Origin: Nymphaea colorata
Taxonomy: Eukaryota
Assembly (NCBI RefSeq): GCF_008831285.2
Contig: NC_045138.2
Coordinates: forward strand, 6,138,001-6,202,000
Reading direction: 5' to 3'
DNA length: 64,000 nucleotides
Made by a program: the position numbers and the translations under genes. A model generated the notes under the pieces. That model did no database searches and was not told where the DNA came from. It was given only the letters and a program-made list of their open reading frames with translations. Below are positions 27,975 to 38,338 of this stretch, piece by piece (within the stretch, counting starts at the first letter, position 1; each line of letters begins with the position of its first letter).

Positions 27975-30249
27975 TTAGAAACAGAATCAAGATGACATGA
28001 TCTGTATTCAGTTTGTTGTGTCCCGGATACATGTTCATGATGCAACAAGCATCTCATCCCCATCTAAATTTTCAAATTTCGACCCAGTTGAATCTGAATT
28101 TATTACCAAAATTTAGAGCCATGTCCTCACCTGAATCTGAAAAATAGATTGGACATGGTAAAGCCTGAGTTAAATACCAGTCTAACCCATTCATATCCTC
28201 AGAATTCAGTCCGCCTAGACGTGGCTTTTACTCCATTTATATTAGGTAAGGACCCAGGTCCACTGAGACCTAACAATTGAAGCATCCTCACTCAGTTAAA
28301 GGCCATGTAGATCAAAATTAGCTTTCACATTTACATCAAACAAATCTGCACTTAAAAGTATCAATCCTGGTTTGCAACTCTATTTATTCCCTTTTTCATG
28401 TGTGATAGTGGACTTCCTATTAACTGCTAAACATGGGATTGTAAAATCCAAACCTGGATGTTGTGATTAAACTAGCAGATGTAAGAATGTAAATACCTTG
28501 AAGTCTTGTGGTCAAAGATGAACCCCAAGATGAACCTGGGCCAGAAGTGCATATAAATGGAGAATTTCTCCTCTGCATTTTGTGTCATAGAGCTTTCATA
28601 CCAAAAATTATAATAAATGGGGCAATAGAAGGGGAGTACCTTGAAAGAGCCATAGATTCCCCACTGGACATTAATGCCCCAATCATGATAACATGCAGTG
28701 AAAGACTGCACGTACGCAGACCCCAGGAACCAATGTAGTTCACAGCCCACAAGATGGACAGAGTTTACTTAAGAGCTATTTTGGCAACTAGCTAATAGAT
28801 AAGTGAACAAATGATGAACACCAAAACGAGGAAAATAGACAGCTCAAGAAGACATAAATCATTAACAGCTCAAGAAGACATAAATCATTAATTGTTGCCT
28901 CTGAAGAAGGACAACAAGATTATCAGCAGAATGAGAAATAATAGTGCAAAACACAACAACGAAGCTACAACAGTTCAATCACACACAAAACAACGACACC
29001 CCTCCCCCCCAAGTTCCCAACCCTTGTCAGGTTATGCAAAACCTAAAGGAAAACCAGGTTGGTGCATAGTCAAACATCCTGAAAACGATGTTTTGAAGGT
29101 TTTTTTCCTTTGAAACCCGGTTTTCGAGCGGGTCGCCAAACACCCCCTAAGTGTTTTCTGGATATATGCAAATAGATTATTTTAAAAAACATAAAATCAG
29201 AATTTGTTGAACAAATTTTGGTATTTATTTAGGATTTTTCATTGCACAGTTTCTAAAAGTAGAACAAAAATAGCACACCTCAAAAACAATTTTTCCTAAT
29301 GACCATATCAGCGACACAACCAGCAGTCCCACGAACTTTTTCAGATTTTATTTATCAAAAATTGAGTGAAGATATTGAAAAATGAAAACCAAGCATCTAA
29401 GTCAACAAGGCTCCTAAACAAATCCATGCCACAATTAAAGTGAGAACTAAATACGATAAGCACTATAATAAATAACCACTAAAGCAGAAAAAAAGAAAAA
29501 GAAAAAGAATGAACTACTATAAAATCTAAGCAACAATTGCCGAGCTCAACAAAACTAAAAAAAGTCTAACTAAACCAGAATATGATCCTACTGAAAACAA
29601 ATCAAACCAAAAACCTTTACCTATGCTGGACATGTAGAATACCTAACTAAGAAACATGACTAGTCAACTTTTCAAAAAACGTCAGTGTTCAAATCGACCG
29701 GTGCTTTCGAAAAAAGGTACCCTAAGTCTAGGTTATGCAAGTTGAAGACATTAATATGGAATAATAGGTCAAGTTTAATATCTTGTCCCAAATTGTCTAC
29801 CTCTCCTGAGACAAAGGAAACAATGGAGAACTTGTCACACCCAACACGGACTAGGTTTGACGGGTTTCATCTATTCCACGTATGGATGAGCAGTTTGGTA
29901 ATGAAATGGCCAAGTATCTCTCAAGAACAAAGGGGGATTGGTTAAATCCTCCTATCCTTAGGAAGCCTGGAATTATGATGTCAACTTTTTACTTTGAAAT
30001 AGTTCAAAAATGATTAAATTTAACTCATAAGTTTGAGTGTTTGTGTTGTAATATGGCCTTGATTTACACATACTACCGTACAAGCTTTAGGTTTCTTTTC
30101 GCATCAATGTTGTCGATGCTCTAGAAATGATGCCTTTCAATTTTCAAAGTAAAGATAATAAAAAAGGAGCAAATATTGAACCCAGACACACACATCCATG
30201 AAAGATTGTCACATTCAATTCTTAAGAGTTCAGCCTTCATGTCTTTCAT
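27975..30249. repeat. Segmental duplication copy B, block 1
   Basis: Direct repeat of 14682-17049. Confidence 0.92.
28637..28770 (-). pseudogene. Mitochondrial phosphate carrier (MPT/PHT3) C-terminal fragment, copy B
   Basis: Minus strand AVNYIGSWGLRTCSLSLHVIMIGAL, then a frameshift to VQWGIYGSFKV; matches the carrier motif RIVMIGTLTGAQWGIYDAFKV. Confidence 0.75.
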
Positions 30250-30497
30250 TCTCATTTTATTTCACCCCATCGTTCTCCTCTACTCTGCGGCTCTGCGAGA
30301 GCAGCGAGACTGGTTTTTGACGGCCTTCTTCGATACTCCCTAGACACACATCCACGAAAGATTGTCACATTCAATTCTTAAGAGTTCAGCCTTCATGTCT
30401 TTCATTCCCATTTTATTTCACCCCATCGTTCTCCTCTACTCTGCGGCTCTGTGAGTGCAGCGAGACTGGTTTTTGACAGCCTTCTTCGATACTCCCT
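30184..30497. repeat. ~157-bp tandem duplication spanning the duplication/hAT junction
   Basis: AGACACACA..CATCCA.GAAAGATTGTCAC...CTTCTTCGATACTCCCT at 30184-30341 and 30342-30497. Confidence 0.9.
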
Positions 30498-31763
30498 GTT
30501 GGGAGTTGGCCATCGGCCATCAGCTCTGCGACTACAGACTGCCACATTGCCGTCACCGACTCACCGCGGCGCCATCACCGCCGAAGGTTGGTTTTTCAAC
30601 CGCATATTGACGTTCCATGTTCTATCTCTCCTTCTTGCTATCACTCATAGTAACATAGTGTATATTAGTTGTAGGTATCTCTCGAGTCTCTCTGGATTGG
30701 CGGCCGCCGGCCCCTCTCTCTACATCTCTGATCTCTCTCCGTCTAGCATCGGCTGAAGGAAAAGAGAGAAGAAGACCGTTTTCTGTGAGGTTTTCCCCAA
30801 ATTCACAGCATGTGGGTTTCTATGAGGTTCTCTAAATGTAACCGTGCTGTTTTTGTACCAGTTTACTAGTGGTAGATTTTTGTCAGTTTACATGTGGTTT
30901 CATCATTTCATATTGCTCTTTGTAGTTTGTCTCCTGCAGTTTGGCTCACTATGTCGTTGGTCAGTTGCATTTTTTGTTTCATGTGGATCTCCTATTAGTG
31001 TATTCTTTCAGATCATTTAGGAACTTTGAGAGTTCTGAATTCAAACCAGAATCCAACATGTGCTTTTATGGGTGTTCAATTTTGATGAATTTATGAGGAT
31101 TCTCTCACTAATCCCTTCATTGATAGTCGTATAGCATTTTCGTATATCTATTGAAACTCAAATCTTCTCATTGTTGTTTGTCTTGATACCTGTGGGTGTT
31201 TGCGGACTTATTTAGAAACCTGGGGGGATCTTGCGATGGGAGGGTTATCTTGCGATGAAGAAGGATACGATGATCCACTTTCTGTCTTTTGGATAGCTCG
31301 TGCTTCAGAGGCCCCCGTTTGTTTGCATTGAGGGTTCATGAATGTTTTTCATGGTGTAAGGTGGACTATCCAAGTGATTGATCACAGGAGGTCGATGCAC
31401 AACTCACAATGTTTAGAACCGTGTGGAATAAACTTGTAAGTGTCATGGTTTTTGGATAAATTCTTTCTTTTAAAATTTGGTGGACAACTTGTCGGACCAC
31501 ATTGTGCCCAGAATGCAGCAGCAAGTCCTTCGATCTTTTGGGAGACATTGACATCATTGGACCATCTTTTTCCTTGTGTTGTTTGAGGGTATCTCCATTC
31601 TTCCAAAATCTACATAGTCTGGATTCTGCGTAGTCACACATACCTCGTCTTTGCATCTTAGTTTTTTTTCTTCTTCCTGGTCTTTTTCCTTCCTTTTCTT
31701 CCCCCCTTCCAACTGCATTTGTTAACTCAGTCATATGAACTTGCACAATTGGACTGTCAAAAA

Positions 31764-31967
31764 TAATGCATATGGTTAAGAAACCTTGTCTGATCATGTT
31801 ACATCTTTAGGTGATCTTCATTTCATTAACCTTGGTCTAGCCTCTGCCTTATGTAAGATTTATTTAATGCATATGGTTAAGAAACCTTGTGTGATCATGT
31901 TACATCTTTAGGTGATCTTCATTTCTTTAACCTTGGTCTAGCCTCTGCCTTATGTAAGATTTATTTA
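31764..31967. repeat. 101-bp tandem duplication
   Basis: TAATGCATATGGTTAAGAAACCTTG...TGTAAGATTTATTTA twice. Confidence 0.9.
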
Positions 31968-32595
31968 TCATTGTCATTTTACTGTATGTCAATTGAACAT
32001 ATTCCTGCAATCATTCTTTCGATGGCCAACTTGTGAGCTCTATTTCTCATGGACGTTTTGTTTTTGTCTGAGAGCTATACGAAGCTCATCGCAAAATTTA
32101 ATGATAAGCATGCATGTGACAACTATTGGGGGCTGAGTCCAAGATAATTGTAATGCTAGATTCCACCACAAGGTTTATGTGTGACAACTGACAATGTTAT
32201 GCATCCACTTTGCTTCTTAAGTTTCATTGAACTATTAAAGAGAGCCATTTGCAGGAATACATGCATTCTATATTTTACTATGAAATGAACAATGGTACTT
32301 TATTGAGTTATGTTGGCTAACAAAGTGTTTCAACTATTTGTTTGATAGATGGTTTGAGTATTTTAGACGACTGATTAATTAACCTCTCTCTATTTTGGTA
32401 TGTTTGTTTCTTTCAATAAGTTGCAACTTATTCTGTCCTAGTTATTGACTTATTGTTCATCAACATTTTCAATAAGTCTATTGTGCATTTTATTGTTCTT
32501 TTTTATTGTCTTGGTTTTATCTATATGTGTCATTTCAACTTATGTGAGTTATGTCGCCTAGTTATTTTGATAAATAATATTGTCCAACTCCTATT

Positions 32596-34426
32596 ATGAA
32601 AGCAATCGAATCATACTCATTTACCAAGAGAGAAGTTGTCTCCAAGAAAAAAAGGACTTCAAAAGTATAGATTGATTTTACATTGCTTAAATATAAGGAA
32701 AAAGAGTTTGTCAAATACAAACGTTGTGGAAAACGTTTGAAATGATGCACTGCTAATGGAACTAGTCATTTAAGTCGACATATAAACTTTTGTTTAAATA
32801 GGCAAATCAAGAAAGAAAAACAAAGAATTTTATTACTTGCAGTTAGTGACTTTAGTGCAATTTTACTATATATACAAAAATTTGACATGGAGTCTATAAG
32901 AAAGTCGATGTCAAAGTGTGCAATAGCATATGATCTTTCGTTCAATTTGACATAATATAAATATCATAACAACCTTCTTCAAGTTTGGAAAACAATGTTT
33001 GTTCCATTTTATAAAAGAACGTTAAAAAGAGAAATTATGTTAATGTTGAGAAAAACCCGATTTGAAGGATTTATAAATGATTCTACGAGCGAGTTTCGTT
33101 GACATTTGATATGCAGACTACACATCGAAGATTGAGTTATCTATGCGTGACAAGACAATATATTGATAGATATTAAAAATTGCATGCTCATATCTCATAT
33201 GTTCAATTTTGTACATGTACCTCCACCACATATATAATGCAAATAGTTTGTAGAAGTTTTAGCAGAATGCATCTCTAAATGGAACATTTTGTCAAAGTTA
33301 TTTTCTATTACTGCTGACCATTGTTCGACGAATAATAGTGCAATAACTACATTGAAAAGGAACTTAGGAAGAAGAAACCTTATTTAGTAAAAGGGCAACA
33401 TTTGTATATTCGATGTTGTGCACATATTCTAAATCTTATGGTTTCAAAAATTCGTGAAAATGTTAAATATATAAAGAGATAAACAAAGTGATTATATTCT
33501 TTTAAGAATTGTATAAGAACAATGGACTTGAATGTCACAAGAAAATTAACCTATGACGTTCCAACTCGATGGAACTTTACATATATTTGGTTAAGAAATG
33601 CATGATTCTAAAATGCATTTCAACATTTGGCTTATGTAAATCCCAATCATATAAATTTGTCTTCTGATGATGAATGATCTTATGCAACTTCCTTGTGCCC
33701 ACTTTTAAAGTTATGCTATAATGTTACAAATATCTTCTTTACCATTGGAAACATAACACCGAATGTGGTTTTTGAAGAAATATAAAAGGTATGCAACCAT
33801 TTGCGTATACATCATGTGGCAGGCAATGATTATATAAGGTCATTAACATACAAAATGCAAGAAAATTTTGACAAATATCGAAAAAATTACTACAATGTGC
33901 CATTTGAAATTGCATTTGTCTTAGATTCTCGATCTAAATTTGAATATTTAAAATATGTGATTGACAATTTAAATGAAGTTGATGCAATGATACAATATGA
34001 AAGAGTAGAGAGCAGTCTTCATGAATTGTATGCTGAGTACAAAAATGTATATGGTTCAAACGATGAATAAAATAAAAATGCAAATAATGCCATTATAGAA
34101 TTTGAAGAGAGAGCTTTTTCGAGACATATTACATGAGTTCCGCATCTCCTCAAGTACTTCGCACAGATCTGAACGCATATTTAACTGATCCAATGGAACG
34201 TCATCGGCCTAATGAAGACTTCAATATATCACCTTGGTGAAAGACAAATGAAAGTAAATATAGAGTTTTATCCAAAATAGCTCAAGATATATTGACAATC
34301 CATATATCTATGGTCGCATCTGAGTCTGCATTCAGTACAGCTAGAAGAATCATTAATGATTATCGATATTCAACCACTTCTGAAACTGTTGAAGCACTAG
34401 TTTGTACACAGAGTTGGATTCGTGAT
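32596..34426 (+). pseudogene. Decayed hAT (Ac/Tam3, SLEEPER-like) transposase
   Basis: BED-finger remnant (KRCGKRLK*CTANGTSHLSRH), FSITADHCSTN, HLYIRCCAHILNLMV, DVPTRWN, IAFVLDSRSK and dimerisation domain VASESAFSTARRIINDYR...VEALVCTQSWIR; many stops and frameshifts; no TIR found. Confidence 0.92.
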
Positions 34427-34713
34427 GAACATCTTACGTTTCGCTTGAATTGTCTTTATCACGAATCCAACTCTGTGTACAAACTAGTGCTTCAACAGTT
34501 TCAGGAGTGGTTGAACATCGATAATCATTAGATTCTTCCAACTATACTGAATGCAGACTCAGATGCAACCATAGATATAGGGATTGTCAATATATCTCAA
34601 GCCATTTTGGATAAAACTTTATATTTACTTTCATTTGCCTTCCACCAAGATGATATATTGAAGACTTCATTAGGCCGATGACGTTCCATTGGATCAGTTA
34701 AATATACTTCCAG
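34169..34713. repeat. Long inverted repeat (hairpin) of the hAT dimerisation-domain coding sequence
   Basis: Arm1 34169-34426 is the reverse complement of arm2 34458-34713 (18 substitutions plus one 2-nt indel by hand count); loop 34427-34457. Confidence 0.97.
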
Positions 34714-37700
34714 TTTTATTCCTTTTTTTCCCTCTTATCATCGAGATTAATCTGCACTTTACTTTATCCATCAGTCAGGATACGTGTTTAGTACTTTCAA
34801 TCTACATTTCTGTGCTTCATAAGCAACCTGCTACCAAGAAAGGGTGCAATCAGGAATCCATCAGGATCATCCATTAGAATACATTATTATGATGCTCCTG
34901 AGTGAGACAACTGAAAAAGAACCCAGAATCCCATGTGTAGAACAGCTCCAATTTGATCTGTTTGCAGATTCATGCAGTCTAGCAAAATCAGCTCACCAAG
35001 ATGAGTTCAGCTCAGAAAGATTAGTACATGGAATTGTGTATATACTGCCTAAATTTTAAGAATAGAATAACTTGTTGATGCAACTCGGCAACAAATATGT
35101 TCTTCTTGTCTGCAACTTCTCTACAAGAAAAAGTTTCCAAAATAAGCCATTTGTTGTGTAATTACAAAGCACTGCTTGAGTTATTTGAGAACAAGGACTG
35201 AGCAAACAGGCATGATCCTGCCAAGAAAAATAAATATATAAAATATATAGGTTGATGTTGGAAATTCCTTCCTTTAGCATCACGAAGTTAACTAGCCCAA
35301 CAAATTGCATAGCATTAGAAATGCAAGACCTACCAATAAAAAACAAGCTATCTGAAGCAATAGACAAGCAAATGGACCAAGCCGTCGACCAAAAAAGGTG
35401 CATTTCAGGGATACGCAGGGTATTTTTACAAAATAATTAAAATATGCAGGGGGTTATAGACTTTTAATGATACAAATATGAAATTAATCATGCTCCATCA
35501 TTTTGATGCTCACTTGCTCTTCCAAATAACCACTAAGAATAATGAAATCCCATAGTAACATAATGAAAATGAGACTCTATATACCTCTTTAGACTAGAGA
35601 TCCTGTGCCTTGATCTTAATCATTTCAGACTCCCACAAAAATTCTGGAAAAGGGATTTTCTTCACTTGAAGGCATTGTCGAAGAAATGCTTTTTGACAAA
35701 GTAGGTAAAATTCCTATAGTTCACAGAAGCCTTCCAATGATCTACCAGATGAACCAACTTAGACGCCCAGATCTTATCAACAAGAACCATCTAGGTAATA
35801 TACAGTGGCTAAGAACATGATCATGTTTCTCCTAGTAAAACAAATATTCAAATGTTCACTTTGAGCCATAAGATGGCTACTGAAACATCTTAAATTCTCT
35901 ATGACAGTTGATCACTTGATCATAGAATTCCTACTATAAAACTTTTCTAGGAAGCTGCTTAATACACCTTTAGTTTTTATTTTGGTCATTATGAGTAACC
36001 TTGGATATCATGATATGTATGACGAGGAAAAATGAAACTTAAAAAACGTGGTCATGTTTCTACTAGTATTATTACATGGAAATGGTGGTAACATTTTCCA
36101 GCAGATTACACATTTACTGGATAAGAGAATGCTTGGATAGGGGAATGCTTAAAATTCCCCAAATAGGTATCAAGTGTCCTTGAATGTCATGATCTCAGCT
36201 TCTGGCAATCAAAATACATTTCAGACAATTAAAATTTGGTCAAACACATGATTAAGAAATCACTTATTTAACTCTTTCTTAATAATAGAATCTCAAGATA
36301 GTTGAAGAGAATGGGTCATCATATTTAACACCAGCAGCGACTTAATTTAAGCCATCCAATGGTTCAAACAGTATATTTGAAAGTAGAACAGAAATGACAT
36401 ATATTCTAAAAATTATAGGAAATAACACAATGATATCATACCAGTTGGTGCTTCCAAATTTTTGCAAGATATGCTTTAGAAAAATGTCCCAGATCTACAG
36501 GGAACAATTGCAAAGATGAGTCTCAAGCCAGAAGATTAATTAAACAAATAAAATAGTTTTGAGAAGGGGACTCCAGGCAATGTTTACCTTTGTTGTTGCC
36601 CTAAATCTCTACAAATTGCTTCTTTACAACCAAAGGCACTGGGAAATAATGAGATGTGGTAAGGGAGCAGCTAGCATATAATGCCCAATTTGATTTGAAG
36701 GAGAATGCAGGCATAGGAGGAAGGAAAGCCTTCGGTTGTTCAAAGCAAAGTGATGATCTTCCACAGATGAGCAGTAATGTGCGAGTGACGCCTCTTATGG
36801 TAGGATACAGATGGTGACCAATCGATCAAATGAACAATGAAGCAGGGACCAAAAGATGACCAATCTGGTTTAGCGGAAGCATCGGCTGCAAAAGGGGGAA
36901 ATCTCTGGCATAGACAATTGGAATCCAATTCAAATGAAAAAAAGACAAATCTGATAAAGCAGCAGATGGGTCCAGAACTTAACGCCAAAGCGTTCTCTTT
37001 CTATCATGTGGAGAGCTTGCGATGATGCTAAGTTGCTAACCAGTGGGAAAAGAAAAACAGATGTTCAATGCATTCAAGGGAAACGGGTGAAAATTTTTCC
37101 GTTCCTCATGACCAATTTTGCCATTGAAAGAGAGAAGAAGTCGAATCGAAAACAGTCGATCAGAATCGCAAGGCAAATGGGCGCTTTGCCCTCATTCCAT
37201 TTCTTTAGCATCAAATAGAAAAAAAGGAACTATTCAAATATAAGAAAAAACACAAGTTTTTCCACATCCAAGGGAGAAATCCGGAATTGTGCACAGTAGT
37301 TGGAATACTGGTAGGAGTGAAGAAAAATGGCAGAGAGAGAGAAAGGCGAAACAAGAAGAGAGAGACAGAGATGACAGGCTGCAATGGACGGTGGGAAAAT
37401 GGCGGAGGAAGAGCTTGAGAGAGAGAGAGAGAGAGAGAGAAATACCTTTCACCGCTGCTAGACGCTGCGCTGGTGAGGAGATGCCCAAATCAAGCCGCTG
37501 GTGAGAACGCTGTGCAGGAGGAAGAATGCGCTGTGCAGGAGGAAGAACGCTGGCGACGGATGCATCTGGGCAGCAGCAGCGAGAGAAGGGGAAAGGCGTG
37601 ACGAAGGCAGGTTGGATGAAAAACAAGACGCGAGGGTTTCGAGTGAGAGATTAAGAGGGTTTTGAGCGAGGCTCGTTTGAGAGGCTGGAGGCGAGGAGAA
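34169..37700 (-). ncRNA. Putative spliced minus-strand non-coding transcript reading into the hairpin
   Basis: Minus-strand splice signals: donor GAAAG|GTATTT after 37446; exon-like 36885-36588 (TTTTGCAG / AAG|GTAAAC); 36494-36442 (CCTGTAG / CTG|GTATGA); donor after 35585; acceptor TTCTTGGTAGCAG before 34827. No long ORF. Prediction only. Confidence 0.35.
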
Positions 37701-37929
37701 GCCCAACCGGTAAAAAAATATTTCTCCAAATTTTTTACCTTTCAGGCGGAAAAAAAAATCCGAAAAAAAAATTCCGGAAATGGTTTCGTCACTTTTTTTT
37801 CTTTGGAGCACGGGTTTAGGTTCGGCCCCTGGTTTTTTGATGGGAAGAAATTTTTTTAAAAAATTTGAATTTCTTTTTCTGAGTGAATTTCCACTGCATC
37901 AAACGTAACATGATCATAATGTTTAAGCA

Positions 37930-38338
37930 ATGGAACGTAATCGAAAAACGAAAATAGAAAGGAAGTGAATAGGGGCAACGGTCGATTCTTTTGCTCGGTT
38001 TAAGCGCTTCATTTAGACAGATTTGTGAAAAATATTTATTTAAAAAAATCTTATAAACATTGATTTTCCAGTATCTCTAACTAATAATTCACGAGAAACT
38101 TGGTATGAAATTAAACATTTCAAATTTTGTAAAATCGTAGAAACTTATCTAAACAACCAAAAGCGCTTATCTAAACATGTAGCTTTAAACTTTGAAGACT
38201 ATTACGTTGCATTCTTTCAAAATGCACATTAAGATGATGATTAGAAAGAAAATTGCTGAACAAGTGTTACCGCATTATGTCGATATACTGTGGGTTCCAA
38301 ACAAGCTTCTCATTTCATATGAAACAAAAAACCACTAA
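37930..38338. repeat. Segmental duplication copy B, block 2 (putative promoter)
   Basis: Direct repeat of 20131-20590 plus 20972-20992. Confidence 0.88.

Noticed and set aside
28472..28750. 92-aa minus-strand ORF as a novel small protein
   Set aside because: The paralogous frame in copy A has two stops, and only its middle part is in the carrier frame.
33801..34531. ORFs 33801-34070 and 34292-34531 as a functional domesticated SLEEPER gene
   Set aside because: The surrounding frame has many stops and frameshifts, including mutated conserved Trp codons.
37811..37821. GGGTTTAGG as telomerase-RNA template or interstitial telomere
   Set aside because: Single short telo-box-like match; no USE/TATA Pol III promoter or repeat array.
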